Positions 17,836 through 27,987 of a stretch of 64,000 bases of DNA are shown here, one piece after another (the first letter of the stretch is position 1; each line of letters starts with the position of its first letter). A model generated the notes under the pieces. That model was not told the origin of the DNA. It saw nothing but the letters and a program-made list of their open reading frames with translations, and searched no databases. Where the stretch lies: the NCBI GenBank assembly GCA_051382295.1, contig JBBCAW010000018.1:1-64000 (forward strand). The letters are read 5' to 3'. Both the position numbers and the translations under genes were made by a program. The stretch comes from Bdellovibrionota bacterium FG-1 (GTDB lineage Bacteria > Bdellovibrionota > UBA1018).

Positions 17836-18557
17836 TGTCTGAGGATTCGCTTGAAGACGTCACGGACTCCGCGAGTTCTAAAAACGCGAATGATGATATG
17901 CTTCGTCGTTTCGGGGAGAAGCTCACGGCGGGCGCGCGTAAGATCTTCGATGAGCTCTCCTTGGAGGAGCTGGTCCGCAGCAATGCCACGTTAAGCGCTA
18001 AAGAACCTGCTTTAAACCGCGAGCAGTTGGCAAAGGCCGTGATCAATGCCTGTGCTCGGCAGTGTGCCGGCGTCGGACTCGCGGCTTCCTCGGCCACGAT
18101 GATTCCGGTCATTGGCACTGGGATATCCTACGCCAGTATTATTCCGGAAGAACTGATGCTCCTCAAGCTTCTGTTTATGATGGTGCTCCGAATCGCGGAC
18201 GTGTACGGCGTGGCGCCAAAAACCGTGGATTTTTACGAGGTACTTTATCTGGTGGGCTGGGGCGGCTCGGATGGGCATAATGTAAAAAAAATGATGATGA
18301 AAACCGTGACCCAATCGGGAGACCGGCTCTTGGCGCGGGCTTTGGCCGACGGACTTGCCGAAAGAATGTTCGATCGGGTCGCGGTGGGGGTCGGAGAAAA
18401 TATGGCCAAAAAAACGGTTCTATCGAGCACGCTGCTGCGAGGCATTGTCAAACGGCTCCCCCTGGTGGGCCTCGCGGTGTCGGGTGGGATGAATGTCTAT
18501 CAGGCCAAGAGCGTGGGTCGGCGCTCGATTCGACATTTTCAGAGGAGAGCAACGTGA
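17832..18557 (+). CDS. EcsC-like protein inside the mam operon
   Basis: Gly/Ala-rich helices (AGVGLAASSATMIPVIG), IADVYG, LPLVGLAVSGGMN; stop/start overlaps on both sides. Confidence 0.55.
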   Translation: MMSEDSLEDVTDSASSKNANDDMLRRFGEKLTAGARKIFDELSLEELVRSNATLSAKEPALNREQLAKAVINACARQCAGVGLAASSATMIPVIGTGISYASIIPEELMLLKLLFMMVLRIADVYGVAPKTVDFYEVLYLVGWGGSDGHNVKKMMMKTVTQSGDRLLARALADGLAERMFDRVAVGVGENMAKKTVLSSTLLRGIVKRLPLVGLAVSGGMNVYQAKSVGRRSIRHFQRRAT

Positions 18558-19423
18558 AAAACTCCGATTGTGAAGAATGTGCGGTCAAGGCCGCGTGGAT
18601 TGGGTTGATTGTGAGCATGTCGCTTGCGGCGATGAAATACTATATCGGTTGGGTAGGGGGATCGGCTGGCGTCGTGGCGATCGCTATCCACTCGACCGTA
18701 TGCATGTTTTCGTCCGCCTCGATTCTTTTCACGCATTCTTTTGCGAAGCGCGGCCCGGATGAACGGTTTCATTACGGTTATGGAAAAATTGAATTTGTCG
18801 TCTCCGCCCTCGTGAATACCGCCATTCTCGTGGTGATGGGGATGTTCTTTATTTCCAATATTCGTGCGATTTTGGATGATGTGCATCACGTCCCTCACGT
18901 AACTTCCGCCATTATCGCCGCGATCTCGATTATGGCCAATGAGACGGTTTTTCGCTATTACCGTTGCGTGGCCGCGGAGACAAACAGTCCGTCGGTTACT
19001 TCTGCGGCGTGGGCGATTCGATCGGATGCTTTGACCTCTCTGGTTGTTCTGCTTGGAATCATTGGCACGAGTCTAGGGGTCAAGCACCTGGATCCGGTGA
19101 TCGCGGTTTGTATCACCTTAATTTTATTGAAAATTATCGGTGAGCATCTGATCACGTCCATCCGAGGATTGATGGACTACTCTGTGGATGAAAAAATATT
19201 AGCGCGGATTAAGAACTTGATTAAAAACGTTTCGGAAGTTAAAAGCATTTTGCACTTAAGAGCAAGATCGATGGGTCAGCTTTTCAAGATCGACTTGGAG
19301 CTAGGCGTTTCGCCTGAACTCACCGTTGAGCAAACGGCGAAGCTGGAAGATCTGATTTGTGAGTTGATTCATGATGATGAGCAGAAAATTGGCGACATCA
19401 CGATTGGTTTTTCGGTGGTTTAG
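18554..19423 (+). CDS. mamM: Magnetosome CDF transporter MamM
   Basis: MKNSDCEEC..AAWIGL N-terminus; FHYGYGKIE; WAIRSDALTS; LRARSMG; second CDF in the cluster. Confidence 0.8.
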   Translation: MKNSDCEECAVKAAWIGLIVSMSLAAMKYYIGWVGGSAGVVAIAIHSTVCMFSSASILFTHSFAKRGPDERFHYGYGKIEFVVSALVNTAILVVMGMFFISNIRAILDDVHHVPHVTSAIIAAISIMANETVFRYYRCVAAETNSPSVTSAAWAIRSDALTSLVVLLGIIGTSLGVKHLDPVIAVCITLILLKIIGEHLITSIRGLMDYSVDEKILARIKNLIKNVSEVKSILHLRARSMGQLFKIDLELGVSPELTVEQTAKLEDLICELIHDDEQKIGDITIGFSVV

Positions 19424-19432
19424 GGGATTTTT

Positions 19433-19912
19433 ATGAGCGATTGCAGTCTCTGCTCTTACCGTGGCTATAGTCAGCAATTTTGTAAAATTCACCGTCGCCG
19501 TTTAACCGTGATTGATAAGACAAGTCGCCAAAGTAACCAAAGTAAGAAGAAGCAAGCTCTTCAGCCTTGCCCCAAACAACCCTGTGCTGGCTATCCGGCC
19601 GAGAACAGCCGAAAGATTCTTCGGGATACGGGATTCGTCGCCGCCATGGGGGCCGCGCTGGGTTCAGGAAGCTGTCTGGCAACGACTGCTTTAACGGGTG
19701 GTGTGATCGCCGCCGCAGTCTCTCCTCTGCTCGCCGGGGCTGCTCTTGCGGGAGCGGGAATTGCGGCCGGGGTAAAGCTGAGTCATGCGAAGAAAAAGAG
19801 AAGATTGAGTATTCCAAAACCCATCAAGAAAATCGATAGTTTGTCATCGGTTTTTGGTTCCGCAAAAAAAACAAGAGTCAGTAACCTAGGAAGTAAAGGA
19901 AAAGCGAAATGA
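19433..19912 (+). CDS. mad7: Mad7-like protein (Cys-rich N-terminus, Gly/Ala membrane segment, basic tail)
   Basis: MSDCSLCSYRGYS..FC..H; follows mamM; assignment from recalled motif and synteny. Confidence 0.5.
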   Translation: MSDCSLCSYRGYSQQFCKIHRRRLTVIDKTSRQSNQSKKKQALQPCPKQPCAGYPAENSRKILRDTGFVAAMGAALGSGSCLATTALTGGVIAAAVSPLLAGAALAGAGIAAGVKLSHAKKKRRLSIPKPIKKIDSLSSVFGSAKKTRVSNLGSKGKAK

Positions 19913-20235
19913 GTCAGGCCCAATTTGAAACACAAGAACAGGTTAAAGCAGCAAGGCCCATGAACGTTGAATTGGAGATGGAAAAAGCCGCCAATACTGA
20001 GGACCTGCTCATGACCGGCGCTAAAACGATGGCCGGCATTGGCATTGGCTTTGTCATTGTGACGCTCGGAGCAACGGGCGTGGGCGCACTTTTGGAAGCC
20101 ACGATTATCCCGACCACGCTTGCAAAAGTGGCGGGCGCGATTGCCGGCGGAGGAATAGGCCTTTCGAAAGGAATTTCGGATAATCGCAAAGAGAAGACCC
20201 GCCGCAGGCGCTCGGTTCATTTCGGGCAGTGTTGA
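19909..20235 (+). CDS. mad8: Mad8-like protein (glycine-zipper membrane segment, basic tail)
   Basis: AGIGIGFVIVTLGATGVG...AGAIAGGGIGL; last gene of the operon; assignment from synteny. Confidence 0.5.
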   Translation: MSQAQFETQEQVKAARPMNVELEMEKAANTEDLLMTGAKTMAGIGIGFVIVTLGATGVGALLEATIIPTTLAKVAGAIAGGGIGLSKGISDNRKEKTRRRRSVHFGQC

Positions 20236-20280
20236 AGAAATTTGTAATTCAATTTCAAAAAATGTCATAAATCTTGTAAA

Positions 20281-21375
20281 ACGATTTCAAGATTTATAAC
20301 TATTTGGAATGATTCATCTTATTTTATTTTTGGCCCTCGCCAAACGGGCAAAACCCACTTCATCAAGCAGCGATTCCCTGACGCCTGGTATTTGAACCTC
20401 CTTCTCACCTCTGAGTTTCTTAAATACTCCAAAGACCCGGGTCAATTCAGACGAGAAGCGCTGATGCGTCTTCAAAAAAGTGAAAAAGCACGAGCTCGAA
20501 CCACCGTCATTATTGACGAGGTCCAGAAGATCCCCGAACTTCTGAACGAGGTTCATTCACTCATCGAGGAGTTTCCAAATTCACAGTTCATTTTAACCGG
20601 ATCGAGCGCAAGAAAGCTCAAGCAATCATCCGTCAATCTCCTTGCGGGGCGAGCCATTTCAAAACGGATGTATCCTTTTATTCTGCCCGAACTTTTGAAC
20701 TCAAATGAAATGACGGATCTCGACTTCCTACTTCAGTCGGAGGGCCTGACCCGCAATTTACCGCAATTTTCACATTTTTTAGACGTAGCGGCCCAAGGGT
20801 TTACCGAGGTCATCAATTATTCAAAAATCGGACGAGATTGCGGCCAGTCACCAAAAACGACTCAAAATTATTTTGAGATTTTGGAAGATACTCTGATTGG
20901 CTTTCGGATGATGTTTTGGTCGGAAAGTAAACGTCAGCAGTTAGCCGGCCATCCTAAATTTTATTTTTTTGATAACGGCGTCACCTGTGCTCTTTTATCG
21001 CGACTTGTGGATCCTTTAGATACTCCCCTGAGAGGGCGGCTCTTTGAGCAATGGCTCATCAATAATGCAAGAGCGCGCACGGACTATGATGAAAGAGATA
21101 TCCAGTATTACGCCTGGAGAAATCTATCCAACACGATTGAAGTGGATCTTTTTGCGGCCCGTGGAAAAACCCCTCTTTTTGGAGCTGAAATCAAAAGCTT
21201 TAGCCAACCCACCACCGAACACCTGGACGGGCTCAGAGTGCTCCGTGAGCAATATCCAAAACTTCCTCTGTATCTCGTTTGCACGGCAGAGCATCCTTAT
21301 TGGGTAAGTGACGTGGAACAGGTCTTGGTCGTTCCTTGGCAAAGCTTTTTGCTTGAGGAACTTCCGAAATATTAG
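20281..21375 (+). pseudogene. AAA_14/DUF4143 ATPase, degraded
   Basis: Walker A FGPRQTGKT lies upstream of the listed ORF in the same frame, with ACG where ATG is expected (20281). IIDEVQK and LTGSSARKL present. About 30 aa missing versus the paralog at 45440. Confidence 0.65.
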
Positions 21376-21506
21376 GGCCTAACTTACCTCGTCAAATTCA
21401 TGAAGACATGGACACTGGGTCTGTAGCTTGCAATCCTAAAATGGGTCTCTCACTCTCGGCGTTTTCTAGAAGATAACTGAATAAAATTATGGTGGAATGA
21501 CCGGTT

Positions 21507-22393
21507 ATGCGAGTTCTCATCACTGGTGCGACAGGTTTTTTGGGTCAGAGTATTGCGCGCGCGCTTCTGCTCAAGGGCCGCCCAAGCGGGAGGTATTCGA
21601 GCAAGTCGATGCCGTTGTTCATTTGGCGGGTGAACCGGTCGCCGGGCATCGATGGACGGATGACCAGCAAAAACGAATTCTCGACTCTCGAATTTTGGGC
21701 ACTCGTCATTTATGGGAGGGGATCGAGGCATCTCAAAAAAGCGGTTATTCACGACTCAAGAGTTTTGTCTCGGCTTCTGCCATCGGGTTCTATGGAAACC
21801 GCGGCGATGACGTTCTGAGTGAGCACTTGGGGCCGGGCGATGGTTTTTTGTCTCAGGTTTGTCAGGCTTGGGAAGCCCAGATCTTCAATCCCTCCATTCC
21901 GGCGGTACGGCAAGTCGCTGTGCGAATAGGGATCGTTTTGGGACGGGAGGGGGGTGCGTTGAGCAAGCTTTGGCCACTCTACTATGCTGGCCTCGGTGGC
22001 CCGGTCGGAGGCGGGCGCCAGTGGATGAGCTGGGTTCATGTGGAAGACGTGGCTGCGGTGTTTGTCGCTGCGGTTGAAAACGCAGGGATCCAGGGTCCGG
22101 CGCAAGCTTTGCGGATCCACGGAACACCGATGGCATGGTGTACTCGAATTGAGGATTGGGAGCCCAATAAAAAGTTTGTCGATGTTCAGCTCAAAGGTCC
22201 CTATGTCAAGTGGCATCACACTCATTCGTTTCAGTCAGTCGGCAGCGGAACCTTGATGACGGATGACCTTCGCTACAGACTTCGCCTAGGGGGGCTTGGC
22301 AACATCTTTGGATTGCGTTTTGTACGGCGGGACGTGGAGCAGATTTTTGCATATCGCCGTCAGAGGATCCGAGAGTTATTTTTGACTCCGTAA
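21507..22393 (+). pseudogene. TIGR01777/YfcH-type NAD-dependent epimerase fused to an SRPBCC domain, frameshifted and internally deleted
   Basis: MRVLITGATGFLGQ in one frame and DAVVHLAGEPV...SASAIGFYG...WVHVED in another; abrupt jump to FVDVQLKGPY..W.H.H. Confidence 0.75.
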
Positions 22394-22521
22394 TCAATCA
22401 GGGTCCTCACCCACGTCATCGGACTACCCGATGTCTGCGGACTCGGCCCTGTTTACCGGTACCGGGACGTCGAAGTTGGGGTTGAGTTTATAAGTCCTAC
22501 CTGAGGAGTTCCAGGATGTCG

Positions 22522-22863
22522 TTACTGATTCATCGCGGACTGATCGGAGGGATTTCCATCAAACTGAGCAAGTTCACTGGCCATCTTGGCATGAATGTAA
22601 CCCGCAAAAGAGCCATCGCCGTGCTTGATGATTTCTTTCAGAAGATCAATTGAGGGCTGAGTAAGTGCAGTCCGCTCTTTTTCATAAAGCAACTGAGTGA
22701 GAGTCGAGGCCGTGATGTCATTCTTGGTCACGTTGCAAATGACTTTAACGTCCCGGCCTGCCTTAAGCATCCTGCCCACATCGTTGAGCGTGACGTAGGC
22801 GGATTCGTCCATGTCGTAAAGTTTTCGATTGGTATAACGCTTAATGATTTTAGTTTCGGTCAT
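22522..22863 (-). CDS. PhaR-like PHA-synthesis regulator DNA-binding protein
   Basis: IIKRYTNRKLYD..S.YVTL motif. Confidence 0.85.
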   Translation of the reverse strand: MTETKIIKRYTNRKLYDMDESAYVTLNDVGRMLKAGRDVKVICNVTKNDITASTLTQLLYEKERTALTQPSIDLLKEIIKHGDGSFAGYIHAKMASELAQFDGNPSDQSAMNQ

Positions 22864-23233
22864 AAATATGCCCTCGTTGTAGGCGGCTCTTATCCGTCAA
22901 CCACTCATGGGGTGCAAGTTTTTATAGGATTGAGAATAAAATCCCTGGAACAATCCATATCGCGCTGCGTGATCTTTGGGTAATCCTCGCTCGCAGTCTT
23001 TTTCGTAGCCATGTTGATTCCCCCTCTCCATCAAATCCGAGCCCTTGGCTTGGTACTCATCTCTTCCCACTCACGGCCGAACTTTTATGCTCCTCGGAAA
23101 AGATTCGGAAATTGTCGCTGGAAACGAGCGACGCTCTCCAGACAGTTTTCAGTCACTCGCTTTTCGCGCAGCTCGTGGCTATCGTCCTGCTCGTCTTTTA
23201 ATATTTCGTAGTAGGTACGCCGATGGCGCTTGA

Positions 23234-24679
23234 TCATGCATTTAAGCGGTTCCAGACTTCTTCCATTTTCATCCCACGCGAACCTTTGATCAGCACGGCG
23301 TCGGTGGGTTGAAGTTTTGAAATTAAAGTGCGGGCTAACTCGTCGTGAGTTTCAAAATGACCCAAAAAACCCGCAAAGTCATTATTTTGAAGTTCGTTAA
23401 AAAGGGCGGTCATTCGCGGGCCATAAAGGAGAATGTTTTCAATCTTCAGGTGAAGCAAAGATGCGGCGAGGTCGCGGTGAAACTGGTCTTCTCGCGGCCC
23501 GAGTTCGAGCATGTCACCTAGGCAAGCCCATCGCGTCGGAGCGTGTTGAGCTTGGGCGATGTCGCACAGCAGTTGCAGGCCTGCTTCCATCGAAGCTGGG
23601 CTTGCGTTGTAATAATCGCAGACCACAGGGTTTCCGGCGGGGAGCTTGCGTAATTCAGAACGCCCTGCCGCACCCGTAAAGGTTTTTAGCCCTTGCGTGA
23701 TTTCCGCAGGGGCAAATCCTAGCCCGAAGGCCATGGCAATGGCGCCAAGAAGGTTGGCGGCGTTGTGGCGACCGGGCAACGGGAGCGCGAACGAATGGGC
23801 GTGTTGATCTAGGCCGATGACCTGTAGTTCTTGGCCATCGGGGCTGAGTATTCCGCCGAGTGTTTCGGGTGGCATGACCGAACAGGCGTCGGCGAGCATC
23901 GAATAGCCGATTTTTCGACCCTGACGAAGAGTTGCGAAATGCGGACGAATCCAGGGATCATCTAGACTGATTGCCACAAAACCTGAGTTGGCGGCCACAG
24001 AGGTGAGGGCAAGTCCCTCTTCGCGAGCAACGGTGGGCAAATCGATGAGTTTTTCTAGATGCTCTGGAGCGATGGCCGTTAAAATCGCATGGTTGGCGCC
24101 GACCAGAGCCATATGGTTTTCCATGGCTCCGATTTCGTCAATGCCCACTTCAATGACCGCAGCGCCGTGGTGGGGCCGGATTTCAAGTAGGGTCATTGGA
24201 ATTCCCACATAGCCGTTTTGGCTGCCCTCGGTTTTGAGAACCTCCGGCCAACGGCCGTGGAGGATGGCCGAAAGTATTTCTTTTGTCGTGGTTTTTCCTA
24301 CGCTTCCCGCGACCGCTATGACTGGAATCGCAAATTCGCGTCGCCATGCGGCTGCGAGTTTGCGGTAAGCAGCAAGCGTGTCATCTACAGCAAAGACCGA
24401 AACATGTTTTTTGGGAGGAACCGCAAATCCCTTTTTGCACAAAACGCCTTGTGCCCCTTTTTCAAGGGCCGAAGCAATAAATTCGTGACCGTCGTATTTT
24501 TCGCCCTGGAGCGCTACAAAAAGGCAGCCGGGCTCGATTTTGCGAGAGTCCGTGACGACCCGAGTAAAGGGAGTCGCCGCAGGGTGAACAGCTCGCTGGG
24601 CCATTCCAAAAAATCCGAGCTTTTCATAGACGAACTGAGGGGTGAGGGTGGGCTGGCCTTCAAGGGGTTCAATGATCAT
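23234..24679 (-). CDS. murF: UDP-N-acetylmuramoyl-tripeptide--D-Ala-D-Ala ligase
   Basis: TDSRKI, GSVGKTTTKE, DYYNASP.SM, LGDMLELG, KGSRGMKME. Confidence 0.95.
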   Translation of the reverse strand: MIIEPLEGQPTLTPQFVYEKLGFFGMAQRAVHPAATPFTRVVTDSRKIEPGCLFVALQGEKYDGHEFIASALEKGAQGVLCKKGFAVPPKKHVSVFAVDDTLAAYRKLAAAWRREFAIPVIAVAGSVGKTTTKEILSAILHGRWPEVLKTEGSQNGYVGIPMTLLEIRPHHGAAVIEVGIDEIGAMENHMALVGANHAILTAIAPEHLEKLIDLPTVAREEGLALTSVAANSGFVAISLDDPWIRPHFATLRQGRKIGYSMLADACSVMPPETLGGILSPDGQELQVIGLDQHAHSFALPLPGRHNAANLLGAIAMAFGLGFAPAEITQGLKTFTGAAGRSELRKLPAGNPVVCDYYNASPASMEAGLQLLCDIAQAQHAPTRWACLGDMLELGPREDQFHRDLAASLLHLKIENILLYGPRMTALFNELQNNDFAGFLGHFETHDELARTLISKLQPTDAVLIKGSRGMKMEEVWNRLNA

Positions 24680-24724
24680 ATCTTCCCTAGAATGCCATAG
24701 AGTGCGGGCCGGGGTATAGCTCTT

Positions 24725-27151
24725 TCATCGTGGTTTCCGTAACATCAGATACGCGGGCAGCGCGACTAGTGCCGCGGTGACACAAGTGAGTTCGCCCGCG
24801 ACGGCGAGGGTGCCGAAACTGACAAAACCCTGATTGCTCGCCAGGAGGAGTGACATATAGCCCGTCATCGTCGTAAAGCTGCAAAGGGCAACCGCGCCTC
24901 CGGTGGTTCGGATCACGGGAAGGATTCCGCCGCCTTTTTCTTCACGATAGCGCTGAAAAATATTCACCCCGTAGTCCACGCCAATTCCAAACGTGATTGG
25001 CAGCGCGATAAAATTCAAAAAATTAATCTTAAACCCAAAACCCAAGATGAGGCCTGCGAGCCACAGCACCCCCAAAATGAGCGCAAAAAGAGTGAGGGCA
25101 ATCGATTGGAGGTTTCGAAATAGGAAGATCACGAGGATCACCACGGCCAGGAACGCAAAAAGCGTGGCCCGTGGTCCGTCATGGGCCACCGACTCAATCA
25201 TATCCGAGGTGATAGCTAGCATGCCGGCGACAGCAGTGCCCGGGCGGACCGAGTCGGCGCGCTCCCGGAGATCGTGGATTAATTTGATGATGTTTTCGCC
25301 TTCCCACGTTTCATGAGTGAGGGGGGGCTCGACGAGAACGAGTTTGCCGATGGTGCCGTCTTTTTCAGTAAATTTGGCCAAGACTAAGGCCGGCAGTTCC
25401 GTGATTCGAATGGGGGTCAGAGAGGCATCCGTTAGAAATTCGGTCACGCGTTTTTGGTCTTCATCCGAGAGCCGTCGGACCATTTTTGGGGATAAAATTT
25501 TGCGGATTTCCTTGAGGACCTTAATTTTCTCAAACTGGTCTTTGGGGATGAAATCGTCCATCGTCTGGATCGAGGCAAAAAGACTGCGCTCTCCTTCTTG
25601 GGCTTTTCGGAGTCGGAGCGCAGCGGCGATTCGCGGGGTGTCCTCACGGGATTTTGGAAGCACCACGAGCGGAGAGAGGTAACGCTGAAAAATATCATCC
25701 AAATAGTGGGAGAAATAAACCGAACCGCTTTCCATGCTGTGTTTGTTGCGCAGGCGGCTCAGATCGGTTTCAAGAATCTTGGGCGTGTAACGGGTGAACA
25801 TTGCCAACGAGATAATCGTCAAAACAAATGAAACGGCCCAAATGAAGCGGGACCTTTTTTGAATCAAGCGAGCCAAGGCATTGGCAAAAATGGCTTTGGG
25901 GGGTTTGGTTCCTTTTTTGACCAGGGGATAGATTTTGTCTGCCAACGTGAGGTAGGCCGGCAAGAGTGTAAAGGCACTCACCCAACAGAGGATCATGCCG
26001 ATCAAGCCAATGATCCCAAATTGCCTGAAGCCTCGAAAGCTTGTGAGAATCAGCGAGCCGTAGGAAAGGGCCGCTGCCAAGGCTGCCGTCCAGGTCGAGG
26101 TGGCGGTGTGGATCATTGCGGTACGAATAGCGCGGGTGTTTTGGTGACCCAGGCGGCGTTCTTCAAGGTAACGAGCCAGAAAAATAATCCCAAAGTTGAT
26201 GCCATTGCCAATGACGATGGAGCCCATAAATGCCGAGTTGGCATTGAGGTAGCCCACCAAAAAATAGGACACGCCAAAGGTCCAAAAGGTGCCCATGAAC
26301 AGGCTCGTGAGGAGAGCGCCCACGGCTCGAAAATTTCTAAAAAACAGCCACATTCCCAAGCTGACTAGGATGGTCACGATCACCGTCGATAGTGCGAGGT
26401 CTTCAATGAGTGCGGCGTGTTCTTCGATCTGGTCTTGTACGCCCCCTGTGTAGTGGACTTCGAGATCCGGGGTGTAAGAGCTTGGGTTCAATTGTGAGAC
26501 CGATTTTTCCACTGCGGCCTTGAGTGCGAGCGACTCATCCATTCCACCGCCGCCGGGTTTATAAACCAGGATGACGCGCTTGGTGCCATCGGGGGTGGCG
26601 TAATAACCTCCCGGAAATCGGGAATAGGCGGAGGTTGTGTGGTCATATTTTTGGCGTAGAGCCTTGAAGTCAAGTTTGGGTTCCGCGATTTCTTCGTTAC
26701 TGAAGATGTTGAGAGGATTGTAAAGCTGACGTTCGAATTCGATTCGGTTTTGAATATAGTCCCGAACCTTGATTAGGTCCGAAAGATCCATGTAAAGGGC
26801 CTCACGTTCCTTGAAGAATTGAACTTCTTGATCTATCTTATATTCGACGCTCGAGATGAGGGTCTTGGGATGGCTCGAAAGTTTTTGCGCCAAATCCTTG
26901 ACGAAGCGTTTGCTCGCTTCTGGGTGTTTCGAAAAGACCAAGATGCCCAGGCTGTCGATGGACTCCAGTCGATGAGAGACCTCGTTGAGGTCGATGACGC
27001 TTCGAGCAGTCGTGGGCAGGAGTTCTTCGAAATCCGTGCGCAAGTTTTTGAAGAGCTGGACGGAGTAGTAGCTGCCGATCCCGGCGAGCAAGGTGCCCAG
27101 AAGCGCTACGATTCCTGCACGACGCAAAATAAATCGAACGAAGGATTGCAA
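24725..27151 (-). CDS. MMPL/RND-family membrane transporter
   Basis: Duplicated TM bundles; GIGVDYG; two periplasmic loops. Confidence 0.85.
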   Translation of the reverse strand: MQSFVRFILRRAGIVALLGTLLAGIGSYYSVQLFKNLRTDFEELLPTTARSVIDLNEVSHRLESIDSLGILVFSKHPEASKRFVKDLAQKLSSHPKTLISSVEYKIDQEVQFFKEREALYMDLSDLIKVRDYIQNRIEFERQLYNPLNIFSNEEIAEPKLDFKALRQKYDHTTSAYSRFPGGYYATPDGTKRVILVYKPGGGGMDESLALKAAVEKSVSQLNPSSYTPDLEVHYTGGVQDQIEEHAALIEDLALSTVIVTILVSLGMWLFFRNFRAVGALLTSLFMGTFWTFGVSYFLVGYLNANSAFMGSIVIGNGINFGIIFLARYLEERRLGHQNTRAIRTAMIHTATSTWTAALAAALSYGSLILTSFRGFRQFGIIGLIGMILCWVSAFTLLPAYLTLADKIYPLVKKGTKPPKAIFANALARLIQKRSRFIWAVSFVLTIISLAMFTRYTPKILETDLSRLRNKHSMESGSVYFSHYLDDIFQRYLSPLVVLPKSREDTPRIAAALRLRKAQEGERSLFASIQTMDDFIPKDQFEKIKVLKEIRKILSPKMVRRLSDEDQKRVTEFLTDASLTPIRITELPALVLAKFTEKDGTIGKLVLVEPPLTHETWEGENIIKLIHDLRERADSVRPGTAVAGMLAITSDMIESVAHDGPRATLFAFLAVVILVIFLFRNLQSIALTLFALILGVLWLAGLILGFGFKINFLNFIALPITFGIGVDYGVNIFQRYREEKGGGILPVIRTTGGAVALCSFTTMTGYMSLLLASNQGFVSFGTLAVAGELTCVTAALVALPAYLMLRKPR

Positions 27152-27201
27152 AGGTCGGTCCTTCCTTGTTTTTCTACAGTTTATGGTCTTAACTAGTCTT
27201 A

Positions 27202-27987
27202 GTGATGCAGCTCGGTGAACTTCTCAAGTCTTTTATCATCACTCTGGGTGAATTTACCCTCTTTGTTTTTGAAACTCTGAGGTCAGGGCGGCGGATTTGG
27301 CGTCGTCGGGGACTTTTTCTCAAACAGTGCGAGTTTATTGGGGTGGGTTCGTTAGGGGTGAATGCGGTAGCCGCCACTTTTATGGGTGGGGTTTTGGGCT
27401 ACCAGCTTTATTCCTCTTTTCATTACTTTGGCGCGGAAGCGCTTTTGGGTGGAAGTATCGGGGTATCGTTGTTTCGGGAATTGGCTCCCGTGCTCTGTGC
27501 GGTCATGGTGACCGGGCGAGCGGGGGCTGCCATGGCGGCTGAAATCGCGAGTATGCGGATTTCGGAACAAATCGACGCTCTCGAAGTGATGGCCATTGAC
27601 CCGATTGAATACCTGGTGGTGCCCCGGGTTTTGGCGGGAGTGATGGTGATGCCGTTGCTGGCCGTGTTTTTTACCGCCGTCGCTTCTGTTTCGGGATCCT
27701 TGGTGGCTTGTGGGGTCATGGGACTCGATCAGTCGGTTTATTGGGATCAATACGCCAAGGTTGTCGATTCGATTGATATTATCCACTGCGTGACCAAGGG
27801 TGCTGTTTTTGGTCTGGTGTTGACTTGGGTAGCTTGTTTTTGTGGTTTTAGGGCCGAGGGTGGCGCGAGTGCAGTGGGCTCGGCTACCCGTACGACGGTC
27901 GTGTCTACTTTTTTAACCGTACTTTTTAGTGATTACGTCTTAACCTCTCTTCTCCCGTTTGGCTTTGCCAAGCTCAAGGTGCTTTGA
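27202..27987 (+). CDS. mlaE: MlaE-family ABC permease
   Basis: RELAPV..GRAGAAMAAEIASMRISEQIDALEVM. Confidence 0.92.
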   Translation: MMQLGELLKSFIITLGEFTLFVFETLRSGRRIWRRRGLFLKQCEFIGVGSLGVNAVAATFMGGVLGYQLYSSFHYFGAEALLGGSIGVSLFRELAPVLCAVMVTGRAGAAMAAEIASMRISEQIDALEVMAIDPIEYLVVPRVLAGVMVMPLLAVFFTAVASVSGSLVACGVMGLDQSVYWDQYAKVVDSIDIIHCVTKGAVFGLVLTWVACFCGFRAEGGASAVGSATRTTVVSTFLTVLFSDYVLTSLLPFGFAKLKVL

